A stretch of DNA of 64,000 nucleotides from Adineta vaga (taxonomy: Eukaryota; Animalia; Rotifera), in the NCBI GenBank assembly GCA_021613535.1, contig CP075493.1, forward strand, positions 12,896,001 through 12,960,000, in the 5' to 3' direction. Numbering within the stretch: the first letter of the stretch is position 1; every line of letters begins with the position of its first letter. Shown here in pieces: positions 22,229-33,482 of the stretch. The notes beneath the pieces were generated by a model. That model was not told the DNA's origin. It made no database searches and saw nothing but the letters and a program-made list of their open reading frames with translations. The translations under genes were made by a program, and so were the position numbers.

Positions 22229-25200
22229 TTAGGAAACACATTTCTCTTGTTCATGTATGTATATTTGTTGCGTTTGTTTGATTGCATCGAGTTGTTCATT
22301 AATAATACGATCTTTACTAAGATTTCGAATTAATTTATAAATATCTGTTAGATGCGTTGGTTTTCGTGCTGATATTGACATTGTGCAGAATTTTTCATAT
22401 TCTTTTCTAAAATTTTTTAATTCATCATAGAGAAAATAATTCGGACCACCTTGTTGTTGTTGTTTTGCTATAACAATATTCTTCTCTTCTTCCATCATTC
22501 GATTTAAACTTGAAAGAATTGGATCATTTTCTTTCGGAATTCGAAGAATATATCTAAAAAAATCCGATAAACCAATTACCCATTGTTTTAATAGATCAAG
22601 ACTTGTTTTCATATCATTCAATGATTGTTTTCTTTTTTCCGTAGTTGTTTCATATTTCAATACATAATTGACTTTAGAATGTTGTGTTGATGTACATTGA
22701 CATTTATCACATCGATCGGAAAATATATGAACATTATCCGATACGATCCAAAATTCTTGACAAAGGATGAGAATGGGTGGACACTTGAGACAAAGATGAA
22801 CATATCTTTGTACAGCTGATGGATGTAATTGAATAAAAGTTTTGGATGATACTCGTTCTACTAATAAAATATTTCGAATATTATTTCGAATGGTTTCTAA
22901 CATCGGACGAATCATTTTATTGATTTGCCATTGAGCATTTTCAACGGATTGCCAATTTTTTTGATCACATGGTTTTAAATCTCGACAGATATATTGTAGA
23001 AAATGAGTTGTTTCTTTAACGGATATTTCCCAACTTCGTTGATATTCTTCTTTTTGATAAACATCAAATTGTAGACCATTTTGTCGTGCAATTAAATAAC
23101 GAAATGCTTCATTATCAAAACAGAATGTATTCATTTTCTTCAATGATATATTCTTTATTGAATTGGAATGAAGTAATTTTTTCAACAATGGAACTGTATT
23201 ACCAGGTGCGAAGAATGTTGCTCGAGTATGTGTAAAACAAAAGATAATATTATTACGAATTTTCTCACCTAAAAAACTCAATAATTGAGTAAAATATGAA
23301 CGAAATAGAATATTTAATTTTGATTCATTTGGTTTAAGAAGAATACAAACTGCATTGATATATGGAAGGCTATTAATATAAGATAGAATATGTTGCATAA
23401 TAAGATCATCTTGTTCCAATCCACGTGTATCACCCATACCTGGTGTATCAATTAATCGAATATTAAATTGTGAATTAATTGGTATAATATATGATTTACA
23501 TTGTTGAGTCACTGATTGTCCCGGATGAAGATGATCTTCATTTGAATCAATGCCACCAAGTTGAATGATATGTTCTTCAAATTGATCACCGACAGCTAGA
23601 GGAAATGATACAGGAATGAGTGTGAGAGGTTTATCAGCACATGCTTTATCAAATGACTCAAGTTTTAAATAATTGATTAAAGCATTAATAAACGTCGTTT
23701 TTCCAACTTGAATTTCGCCTAACAGAAGGATATTAACATATTTATTCGTTGATAAATTTGTCGGATCAAAACGAAGTCTTTTACGTGCAGAACCTTTACC
23801 AAATGAATCTTCCCATAAACTTTTTCGTGGTCCAGTAACTTCATTTAATGAAATAACTTTCATTTTTGATGGTTGAGTTGAACAAAATGAAAAATCTGCA
23901 AAGACTAAATCACTTGTTTTTTCTTCATTGAAAAATTGTTCAGTATATTTATTCCATTCACCAAGATATTCACGTTGTAGATCATCATCGAAACAAAAAA
24001 TACGTTTTCCTGGTCGTTTTCTCATTAATTCTTCTTCAATCATATCTAAATTTTCATTATCACTGGTTAACAATTCTTTTACGTTCCAATATTCTATATT
24101 TCGTTGTTTTAATTCATTAACTAATTGAACTTTTTCAATAAGTCGTTCACGTTGAATAATGATATTTTGACATTCTCTCAATAATGTTGTTGCTTCATGA
24201 TCAATTAAAGATTCTTTCATTTCATTCTGTTTTATATTTCCACAACGAATGGCTAAAAGTGAAGCACGAAGTCGACTCATTTTCTTTGGATAAGATTGAT
24301 TGATTTTTTCTTGTCGTTGCTGAAGATCATCATAGGCTGGCTTAAAATAAGTTAGAATGGATTGTTCTTTTGCAGAAGGAATGGAGAGATGTACTTGCTT
24401 TCGTATAGATGATAATTCATAGAGATATAATTCAGTTTGATTGATGAGAGTTTGATTCAATGGAACAAAGATACCTTTTTCACTTGGAAACCATGAACAA
24501 AGTGTTCGAACTGGTCGAAGTGTATATTTCATTGGAGGATATTGATAAACATTCGATCGAATTTGAGTTATTTTTTGACAAATATCTTCGAGTTTTGTTA
24601 GATTGGTAATCTCATTTATATTGGTAAATACTTTCAGATCAGTAAATTGTTCATAGAGAAGTTTATCATTCGATTTGACTGAAAATATATTTCGTGCTAA
24701 TTGTGCTTGAATTTTCTCTAAAAGTTCATCGAGAGCTGTAACATTGGTTGGTGCTAATTGTAGAAAAACGACTACATGAATACCGTATTGAATTTCCGTC
24801 ACAATATGTGTTGCGTCGATATTTGTACTGAGAATAGTCGGATTATCTTTCGTTCCATCAATGTATTGATTTGCTGCTAAATAACTATGTTTTGTTTTAT
24901 GATGAAAAAAGAAATATCGAGAATATTCATTGATGGTAAATGGATAATTGTTTAGTAAAGATATTCCTTTTGTTGTTGTTAAATTGAGATATATACTTAG
25001 ATATAATTCTTTATCAATACCAATCATATCGAGAAGATCTCGTGCTTTAAGTCGGCCACTGGTTACTACGACAGGATTTACTTCATTTCGTAATGAAATT
25101 GATCGTTTCGAAATATATAATGGTGAAGTGGATAGTAGTTGATCTTTTGTTGCATCATATAATGATCCAAGAGAACCCGATGGATCAATAGCTAAACGTT

Positions 25201-25303
25201 GAATACCTTGATCTAGTGGAAAGACTTGAGAATTACTTGTATATTTTCCAGGTTGTCGTGCCATTGAGCGAGATTGGTCAAGCCGAGATTTATTAACACC
25301 CAT
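22229..25303 (-). CDS. Stonustoxin-like MACPF/CDC domain + helical region + septin/AIG1-like P-loop GTPase + Cys/His-rich C-terminus
   Basis: RLAIDPSGSLGSLYDA and ATHIVTEIQYG (SNTX-like); GEIQVGKT, DTPG and FCFTH GTPase motifs; probable start MGVNKS at 25303 (ORF open from 25405). Confidence 0.7.
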   Translation of the reverse strand: MGVNKSRLDQSRSMARQPGKYTSNSQVFPLDQGIQRLAIDPSGSLGSLYDATKDQLLSTSPLYISKRSISLRNEVNPVVVTSGRLKARDLLDMIGIDKELYLSIYLNLTTTKGISLLNNYPFTINEYSRYFFFHHKTKHSYLAANQYIDGTKDNPTILSTNIDATHIVTEIQYGIHVVVFLQLAPTNVTALDELLEKIQAQLARNIFSVKSNDKLLYEQFTDLKVFTNINEITNLTKLEDICQKITQIRSNVYQYPPMKYTLRPVRTLCSWFPSEKGIFVPLNQTLINQTELYLYELSSIRKQVHLSIPSAKEQSILTYFKPAYDDLQQRQEKINQSYPKKMSRLRASLLAIRCGNIKQNEMKESLIDHEATTLLRECQNIIIQRERLIEKVQLVNELKQRNIEYWNVKELLTSDNENLDMIEEELMRKRPGKRIFCFDDDLQREYLGEWNKYTEQFFNEEKTSDLVFADFSFCSTQPSKMKVISLNEVTGPRKSLWEDSFGKGSARKRLRFDPTNLSTNKYVNILLLGEIQVGKTTFINALINYLKLESFDKACADKPLTLIPVSFPLAVGDQFEEHIIQLGGIDSNEDHLHPGQSVTQQCKSYIIPINSQFNIRLIDTPGMGDTRGLEQDDLIMQHILSYINSLPYINAVCILLKPNESKLNILFRSYFTQLLSFLGEKIRNNIIFCFTHTRATFFAPGNTVPLLKKLLHSNSIKNISLKKMNTFCFDNEAFRYLIARQNGLQFDVYQKEEYQRSWEISVKETTHFLQYICRDLKPCDQKNWQSVENAQWQINKMIRPMLETIRNNIRNILLVERVSSKTFIQLHPSAVQRYVHLCLKCPPILILCQEFWIVSDNVHIFSDRCDKCQCTSTQHSKVNYVLKYETTTEKRKQSLNDMKTSLDLLKQWVIGLSDFFRYILRIPKENDPILSSLNRMMEEEKNIVIAKQQQQGGPNYFLYDELKNFRKEYEKFCTMSISARKPTHLTDIYKLIRNLSKDRIINEQLDAIKQTQQIYIHEQEKCVS

Positions 25304-25816
25304 TATTACGATTGAATGATGAAATCTAAGATAGAGTTTACATAGATTTCTAAACAAAATCCAATACTTACTTAGTAACAAAATGAATATGAATTGAAAT
25401 TGCATCTAAACGTTTATGTTTCTCTTTTCGTTTTATTTTACAAAACAAACAGAAACATGTAAATGTTATTTACACAACTTGATTTCATTTTGCGTATGAA
25501 GAAAAAGAAAAGAGGAGTATTTTTTTTCAATTTACAGTCAAACATGCTGAGTAATCCTCTCTACTTTATAATCAAATGGAGGTGTTTTGACAAACATTGA
25601 CATTTTGTGTGGATATACTACATGCTTCTGATGATGAACTATCTATATTTTCATATCAAATTTAAAAGAGATTAATAAAATTACTACGAGTTAAAATTGT
25701 CTCTAGTTGATCCACATCATATAGAATGTGAAACCGAAAATCAAAAACATTGCTTTCAATCTCAAAATAAAATAGGATGTCAGATAGGAATCAGTTCAAG
25801 AATAGACATGATGTTT

Positions 25817-28800
25817 TTAGCAAAAATGTAGATGTCGTCGAATGGCAACATGCTGTCGTATAAATGAGTCCTTGAATGCATTTGAATATGTTCGTGATGG
25901 GAAAACGAAAATAGGAAACGTAAGAATCGATGGCATAAAAGAGAGAAGATAGCTAGCAATAAAAAGCCATGGATTATGTTGAGAAGTCATACAACTCGGA
26001 ATAAATAGACGAGGTAATGCCAATACTATTAGGAAACATGGACTAATCAAAATATGTTTATGCTGTCGTAATTGCTGAAATATATGTTGTGTAAACTTTT
26101 CATTTTGTCGAATATTTGAACGAGTTCGAGCTGTTTCGAAAATAATGATTAGAGCAGAGAGAATATTGATCGATAATGGAGTGAGAAAATGAAAAAAATT
26201 AATGACTGAATCTACACTCTTCAAAGAAGTAGGATAAACAGTCACGCACCATGTTCTATTTTCATTCTCAATAAATAGTAACTGCCGATGAGTTAAATCG
26301 AGAAGTGCGGTACATGAAATAGTCAATATAATAATGAGTATAATCCATTTTGCGGCTTTTTTACTTTTCGTTTTGTCGAAGCTTACTTTTTTGATAACGC
26401 TTACTGTTCGTTCAATTGCTACACAAGCAGTAAGCCATCCACTAACTTCTAGAAGAATATTAAGTAATGCATCTAACGAATAACAACTGACGAGAACAAC
26501 TTCATGTCGTGTGAGGATGTGCATTTGTGTCAAGATCAGCTGAACAGTTTTAATGCCCAATACCGTTACCATCATCGATAATACCCAAGAAGATGCTAAT
26601 AAATAGGTACCACAGCCTACGTCACGAGAGTTTTTATGGTTGAACGTCAAGATTGATAAAACACTGCAGATATATCCGAGAGCAATTAATAATACAGTAA
26701 GAATGACAATGAATTTTACAATATACGGTTGACGAGCAAATTGTAGATGCGGTTGAATCTGATAGCCAATGATAGAATCAAGCGAGACACCTAAACTTCT
26801 CGTGGAAAATTGACATAAACTACCATGGTAACATTCCAGACAAATACAAGTGTATGAGGTTGGGCATCGTAAACGATCTTGCAAACAATGAGCATCATTA
26901 TAACAAGGATTCATTTCTTTACAGTTGGATATTTGATTGAGATCATTTTCATAACAGTTTGCTTGCTGATCCGAATTACAAATGCACATCGATTTTTCGT
27001 CGTAGAAACAAACAAGTTCTTTGTTGTTTTGACACGGCAAATGGTAGTATTTCATACGTCGCAGTAAATGATATTCAAGAACTGTATTATTAAATAAATC
27101 TCGTACGTTTAAACATTTTTGTGAACTGGTAACCTCAACAGAAATGTTTTCCCATAGAATAAAATTTTCTCGTACAATTGTCAAATAATAGATTTGATTA
27201 ATTTCAATAAATAGTAATTGAAATGGTACAACTTGTCTTAGTGTGACTAAGTTTACATCGTATGGAATTTTCTGGAACTTTATTAGTCGGTAGAGTGGTT
27301 GATCTCCTAATGCGGTAATAAAATGGATAGAAATGAAAGATGGTTTAGGAATGTCCACAAACGAGATCGTTATTTTTGTCGAAACTTTTTCACAATTTAA
27401 TCCAGTAAATTGATCATTACATATACATTTATAGCCATATTCTGATTTTCTTTCATCGAAGGGAATGCATAGACCACCATTTTTGCATTCATTTTCATGA
27501 CACGATGCACTTTCTATATAACATCGCGGACCAATTTTTCCTAGTGGACACACACAGATAGATCGATTATTGGCATTTCCAGTACAAATTGAATCAGAAG
27601 AACAGTTACAGTCAATTTGTATGTTACATGAATGACCTGACCAACCCGCAGCACATTTACAGAAAAGTTTTGCTGAGTTTTCATACTGAGTACATTGACC
27701 ATGTATACCGCATGACATCGAACAATATTTTAAAGGACGAGCTGGTATTTTCAGCACATTAGCGATGCGATTTACGGGCAAAAACTGAAACGGTATAGCT
27801 ATCAGCCAGCTGATGTGATATTGTAAATTATTTGTTACATAACCATTAATATGTATATAATATTCATTACTGATATTTTTAGGTCGAGTGGCGAAGAGAA
27901 GATTTATATTGAATTTTATATCGCAGTTACCTCTCGGAGTATATAGAATCTTTTCATAAGAATTAATTTGACTCTCGTTATCGATGAGCATGACTACAAA
28001 ACTGAATATCGTCTGTTGTACGGGCATGATTTCTGGTTGAAATTCAAGTGTAAGAGCAACCCGTTGGCTTTGATATTCGCAACGATCTCCATAATAATTT
28101 GGTGGACAAAGACAACGTTTACTACGAGATTCGGATAGTCGGATAAGAATACCACGATTACAATACCATATTTTTTCATAGGTAGAAGGACTTACCTTTA
28201 AACGTGAAGTATTTGATGGCAATGCAAAATTTGAATCGGTAACTTTAAGTAGGAAACTTTTTCGCAGTAGATCAGTAGTTGGCCGAAATTTAGTATAAAT
28301 TGTTGGTCGTTGAATTAGCGTATTTGATTCATAGTCATTGGCCAAATTACATAAGAGCTGCTCGGATACTGTCCGTTGATCATCCCATGCTTCTGAGCAA
28401 ATACCACGCCGACGATCAAAATGGATGTTTAAGTCTTCGTCTTCGATAGGACATAATGTTTGATCTTCGCGATGAGGACATTGTAGAGACTCAGATGGAT
28501 AAGTGTGTCGATTGCAGAGTGATTGAGTAGACAAACAACGAGTGTCATTCCAGCAGTGATATCGCACAGTGGGCGAATCTGGATATGTTTGTTGGCAGTA
28601 CATCTGTTCATCTGTTCCTCCCAAACAGTCCACTCTACCATCACCGGCTTTCTCTAATGTAATACAAGTTAGATTTAATGTTTCCATTGAAATACATGGA
28701 TGTGAATCAGACGAACAGTGTGAATTAGAGCAATTAATTTCATCAATTCCGTTTGGACAATGCCATAATCCATCACACTTTGTATATACATTATTGCAAG

Positions 28801-30541
28801 GCCACATCTCACAAGAAGTTTCGTCTGTTTCATTATATCCATTAATTAGAACGGAATACATATCTTGGTAAATATCGCAAAGCATGGGAAACGGTGGCCA
28901 ATTTAACCGACTTCTTTGCTCAGATGAAAATTCATCATCACCGTTCACGCAATCGATATTATCATTTTCCACCGCAATAAATGACAAGCATTTTTCTTCA
29001 TATGAACATTTATAACGTTGGTGTTGCTCAAGTAGACAACTCTTGTCATATTTTTCGTCGAAACCTTCAAAGCAGTCGGACATACCATCGACAAGTCTAA
29101 ATTTCGAAATACATTTAGACGAATTTGAGCAGCAGAATAGATGTGAAGTCTGAAGTCCTTCTTTAAAAGTTACAATTGATGAACAAGCACCAAAGACTAC
29201 TTGAACTGTTCGTATCAGTTCGTTCCAATTAGAATAGTTTTTCAATCCTAAGTCTTGGTATGAAGAACATGTAGAACCATTGATATTGATTGTTGGTGAT
29301 AAGAATCCACCACACAGTGATGCATTATAACAAAAATATTCGGGTCCATAATGATGGCCGTAATGTGATTGATTGGACGAGTATACGAAGTAAACATGGC
29401 TAAACATAATAGGTGTAGCAGGAAATGCGAAAATGATCGGACATGTTTCATTAATTAACATTAGGCATGCTTGACTCCAGCTAGTCCCGCAATCATGTTC
29501 ATCACAAGCTAAGTTAGTAGATTTGATTTTTGTTAAACAAATCATTGATGACCAGCAGTCATAATTCAAATGTAAATTACTAGTATGCGAGAAAATAACT
29601 TTTCGAAATAACTCACTTCGAGCATTATCACATTTATTCTCGAATGAAATGTAAGGAAATGGATCACAAATACCATTACCACAGGTGAATTCCGCTACAT
29701 GAGAACACATGCGTTCTTCACAAATAAATGATGGATTAGATAAACAGCGTGATACCAGACTTCTTAAAGGTATTTCATCGCTTCCATCAAGACAGTCAGG
29801 ATTAAATAAATCATCATTGAACATAATAATAGGTATACATTGTGCGCCATTATGACAACGATAGTAGTCCGTATCGCAGTCGCTTAATTCAAGTAGGTCA
29901 CATCCGAGTTCATCAATACTATTATCAATACAGTCGACTTTTCCGTCACATACTTCCCGCCAATCGAGACACATCGGTATAGGTCCCCGATTACATTTCA
30001 AATGTACATAACAAGTTAAACCATTGTACTTATGATCCATTTGTGATTTTACATCTTCTTTCATACCAAATATATAACTAACAATATCATTAAATGAAGC
30101 GACATAATCGAACATAAATTGGCAGATATCACCAAAATAACCACTGCGACATTGGCAAAAAAGTTCCTTAGAAAATAGTTCGTTCGGTTCATCGAGATAC
30201 ATCTGATATCGTTCGACAAAATCGATCGGTGCAGATGTAGAAAATAATTGACGCGCTGTAAAATTGTCTTGTCGAAGCTCTTTGAATGTATAGCATTTTG
30301 TGGCTTCAACAAACCCTTCATTATAATATTTGTCCATTGACGGCTGAAGCGGTCTAAGACAAAAAGGAATAATCTGCTGGGACCATTCTAAATCTGCAGT
30401 CAAAATCGATGGATCATGTGGATAATAATACAAACATTGGTAGAATAATTCATTGTTACTCAGACGATCACTATTGTACAAATGAATCGTTTCAGCACTG
30501 ACTAATACCAACCATATCAATGTGATTATAAAATGATACAT
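25817..30541 (-). CDS. Large GPCR with LDLa and EGF repeats in the ectodomain and a rhodopsin-type 7TM
   Basis: Signal peptide; CDGKVDCID...DE LDLa repeats; EGF repeats (CxCxxGxxGxxC); 7 TM helices with CVAIERT; single 4.7-kb exon. Confidence 0.9.
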   Translation of the reverse strand: MYHFIITLIWLVLVSAETIHLYNSDRLSNNELFYQCLYYYPHDPSILTADLEWSQQIIPFCLRPLQPSMDKYYNEGFVEATKCYTFKELRQDNFTARQLFSTSAPIDFVERYQMYLDEPNELFSKELFCQCRSGYFGDICQFMFDYVASFNDIVSYIFGMKEDVKSQMDHKYNGLTCYVHLKCNRGPIPMCLDWREVCDGKVDCIDNSIDELGCDLLELSDCDTDYYRCHNGAQCIPIIMFNDDLFNPDCLDGSDEIPLRSLVSRCLSNPSFICEERMCSHVAEFTCGNGICDPFPYISFENKCDNARSELFRKVIFSHTSNLHLNYDCWSSMICLTKIKSTNLACDEHDCGTSWSQACLMLINETCPIIFAFPATPIMFSHVYFVYSSNQSHYGHHYGPEYFCYNASLCGGFLSPTININGSTCSSYQDLGLKNYSNWNELIRTVQVVFGACSSIVTFKEGLQTSHLFCCSNSSKCISKFRLVDGMSDCFEGFDEKYDKSCLLEQHQRYKCSYEEKCLSFIAVENDNIDCVNGDDEFSSEQRSRLNWPPFPMLCDIYQDMYSVLINGYNETDETSCEMWPCNNVYTKCDGLWHCPNGIDEINCSNSHCSSDSHPCISMETLNLTCITLEKAGDGRVDCLGGTDEQMYCQQTYPDSPTVRYHCWNDTRCLSTQSLCNRHTYPSESLQCPHREDQTLCPIEDEDLNIHFDRRRGICSEAWDDQRTVSEQLLCNLANDYESNTLIQRPTIYTKFRPTTDLLRKSFLLKVTDSNFALPSNTSRLKVSPSTYEKIWYCNRGILIRLSESRSKRCLCPPNYYGDRCEYQSQRVALTLEFQPEIMPVQQTIFSFVVMLIDNESQINSYEKILYTPRGNCDIKFNINLLFATRPKNISNEYYIHINGYVTNNLQYHISWLIAIPFQFLPVNRIANVLKIPARPLKYCSMSCGIHGQCTQYENSAKLFCKCAAGWSGHSCNIQIDCNCSSDSICTGNANNRSICVCPLGKIGPRCYIESASCHENECKNGGLCIPFDERKSEYGYKCICNDQFTGLNCEKVSTKITISFVDIPKPSFISIHFITALGDQPLYRLIKFQKIPYDVNLVTLRQVVPFQLLFIEINQIYYLTIVRENFILWENISVEVTSSQKCLNVRDLFNNTVLEYHLLRRMKYYHLPCQNNKELVCFYDEKSMCICNSDQQANCYENDLNQISNCKEMNPCYNDAHCLQDRLRCPTSYTCICLECYHGSLCQFSTRSLGVSLDSIIGYQIQPHLQFARQPYIVKFIVILTVLLIALGYICSVLSILTFNHKNSRDVGCGTYLLASSWVLSMMVTVLGIKTVQLILTQMHILTRHEVVLVSCYSLDALLNILLEVSGWLTACVAIERTVSVIKKVSFDKTKSKKAAKWIILIIILTISCTALLDLTHRQLLFIENENRTWCVTVYPTSLKSVDSVINFFHFLTPLSINILSALIIIFETARTRSNIRQNEKFTQHIFQQLRQHKHILISPCFLIVLALPRLFIPSCMTSQHNPWLFIASYLLSFMPSILTFPIFVFPSRTYSNAFKDSFIRQHVAIRRHLHFC

Positions 30542-31490
30542 TGGTGATTAACACTCGCCTGCCATGGTATCGATAATTTGTGTTAACCAGTAAAAAAAAG
30601 TAGACACACGTGTCGTTATCAGCATCTATAGTCAGCATAGTAAAATGCAGCTTTTTCTATCTATCTAAATGTGTAAATCGTGTCTTTCAATCAATAGTTT
30701 CGACAACACGTTTTAATAAAATGACATGTCTTATGAGAGAACCAGTACATATCATGCTTTACTAGTGCCTCGAAGAAGAAGTGTGACAAAGTGTTGAGAA
30801 TTCATTTGCTTAAGAAACATGATTCTTCGATATTTCTAGTTCTTTGATAAGCCTATTAGATATATATTGTACGGGAAGGAATATATGGTGTTCATCGCCC
30901 ACCTCAGATCCATCTGCATAGTAATTTATTATAACATTATGTGTTCAGTTTATAAGTTGTCGAGAGTTAACTAAGCAGACAGGGATATTGCTTCTCTGTA
31001 TCATTTGATTCTCTCATTTTGAACTCCATAGAATTACGTCACACTTTTTTTAAAAATCAATTGTAAGAGAAAACATGTTTCGAGTGATATATACTACTTC
31101 AAACAATGTATGATATAGGGATGACATACAATGCTCGCGAATTCGGATACGATCATTCAAATTACAACCTTCGAAACTACACTCAAATAAATCCTCTCAA
31201 ATATATCATGCATTCAAAAAATCAAACCAGTCATCTTTTTGTGATTGACACAGATTTACTGAGGATGCATTTATAGATAAAACTGTTGGTATCATTCGCA
31301 TTCTCAACTATGTTAGAAAAGTGATAAGCATTTAAATTACAATATTACGTGATATAATTGGCAAGAAAATGAAATGGTTATATGCATCTTCAGAATGTAA
31401 ATGTAGCTGATAGAAAATGATTATATTTGCGCCTATAGTAACTCTGGAGTCACTTCAACATTAGATTTATGTATATTCATTCAATATGTA

Positions 31491-33032
31491 TTAGTCGTCT
31501 GAGGAAGGTACTGGTGGACCAGTAAAATGTTGTCTTCCCCAAACAATATACCACATGATGCTAATACTAGCAAAGAAAATAAATAATATACTAGCATAAT
31601 TCATTGTCGAAGCGGTAACTGGTATTGCTGTCGGCATTGAGCAGATAACCATGACTAATAAGATCCAAAGAATTGTAATAATATTAATAACATAACCAAA
31701 TTTACCGAGATAAAAAGGAGCATTATGAACTAAATGACGTCCTCTAAAAACAAGAACAAAAACAGGTAATCCATAAGATGCAGAGAGACATATTGTTGCC
31801 ACACCAGTAAATGCATTAAATGCAGCTGATGAATAGAAATAAATAAGACCGAGAAGACCTTGAATGGTGATCGAAAGTAATAAAGCATTAAGTGGAATAT
31901 CATAATGTTTATTGATTTTTGACCAGATCCTTGAAGCTGGTACTGCACCGTCTCGACTAAACGCGTAGAGACATCGAGAAGTGGCTGTTAGAGAACCAAT
32001 CGAAGCAAATAACTGAATACCAAGTAACAAACACAAAAGACTAAATCCACCAGCAATCGAACCGGTTGCTTGCATAAAAATATAACCAATTGGTTGACTA
32101 GTTGGTATAGAGAGTAATTTATCAACATTAGGCAAGACAAAAAGAATAGGAATGAGATAAATAATACCAGTAATTCCAGCAGTAACAACAGAGAGTACCA
32201 TTGCTTTTGGTACTTCTCGTTCTGGATTTTGAACTTCTTCACACATAGATGCTACCATACCATAACCTGTAAGAGTATAAGCTGATTGTAATAATCCAAC
32301 AAAAAATGTCCATATTGGTGGCCAACCAGCTCTTGACGCATCAAATTCTGTAAAGACATAAGTTGCACTTCTTCTTCCTCCTTTTGCCATCGTTAGTACA
32401 GTAGTAATTATAATCAAAACCGATATACCTGTCCAATAAACACAGATTACATTAATGAGATCTAAATGTTTTGCAGCGAAAATATTTACAAGTAAAGCGA
32501 CACATAATACAGCCCAATATACGACGACAACATGCCAGCTAGCTGGACTATAAGCTTCATTCCACAGTCCAATAGCAGATAATATTAATTGTCCACCAGA
32601 GAAACAAATGGCAGTTGTCACTGTCCAATTTCCGACAAGACCTAACCATCCTGTTATCCAAGAAGTAATAGGTGCCCATTTTTTATGTGCTAAGATTGCC
32701 GACCAATAATAAACACCACCCGAAGTTGGATATTTTGAACAGATCTCTGCTAAACTTGCAGCGATACATATCGAAATAATAGTTACTAATATCCAACCGT
32801 AAAGAATCGTAACTGGACCGCCATCAGTTAAACCAATAGTAAGAGTTGCGGATTCACCAGTAGGTACAGCCATAATTGCAAATGAGAGTCCAAGTACAGA
32901 AAAGAAAGATAAGGTGCGGGGTAATTCAGATTTATATCCCATGATAGTAAGTTGAGCATTGGCTTCCTCAATAGCAATTTCTTTCTGTTGATCTTTTGGT
33001 GTCATGAGACAAGTATTTTCATCAGTATGCAT
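31491..33032 (-). CDS. APC-superfamily amino acid/GABA/choline permease (fungal UGA4/HNM1/TPO5 type)
   Basis: GYKSELPR, SLAEICSKYPTSGGVYYW, MCEEVQNP, AFSRDGA motifs; ~12 TM helices; intronless. Confidence 0.9.
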   Translation of the reverse strand: MHTDENTCLMTPKDQQKEIAIEEANAQLTIMGYKSELPRTLSFFSVLGLSFAIMAVPTGESATLTIGLTDGGPVTILYGWILVTIISICIAASLAEICSKYPTSGGVYYWSAILAHKKWAPITSWITGWLGLVGNWTVTTAICFSGGQLILSAIGLWNEAYSPASWHVVVVYWAVLCVALLVNIFAAKHLDLINVICVYWTGISVLIIITTVLTMAKGGRRSATYVFTEFDASRAGWPPIWTFFVGLLQSAYTLTGYGMVASMCEEVQNPEREVPKAMVLSVVTAGITGIIYLIPILFVLPNVDKLLSIPTSQPIGYIFMQATGSIAGGFSLLCLLLGIQLFASIGSLTATSRCLYAFSRDGAVPASRIWSKINKHYDIPLNALLLSITIQGLLGLIYFYSSAAFNAFTGVATICLSASYGLPVFVLVFRGRHLVHNAPFYLGKFGYVINIITILWILLVMVICSMPTAIPVTASTMNYASILFIFFASISIMWYIVWGRQHFTGPPVPSSDD

Positions 33033-33482
33033 ATGAAATGATATTTGAAAAACTAAGTTACCGGTGAAATTCTAGTTTTAATTCGATTTAAATCAAAAGA
33101 AACGATGATTAATAAATATAATGATGAAAAAGCAAAACTATACCAAGATATAAAAAATAGCGTGTGCATATCTTCAATGATCATTGATGCATAGATTGGT
33201 TATATTTTTCTTCTTTCACCTATTCGCATATGAAGAGAAAAAGAACGATCGTATATACATCAATTTTTTTTCTTTTGGATTTTATCGAAATGCAACAATA
33301 AAACTACAAAAAAATCATCAATAAATATACGCGTGTATGAATAGGAGGGTGCGGGTGTGAGTGTAGATGAGAGTAGAGAACCCACACTCATATCGGAAGG
33401 ATCTTGAAATATAAAGATAGATTGTGAGAGAATATATGTTTTATTCATTCTATTCCCAAATTTCGTATTGCGAACTTGATTT

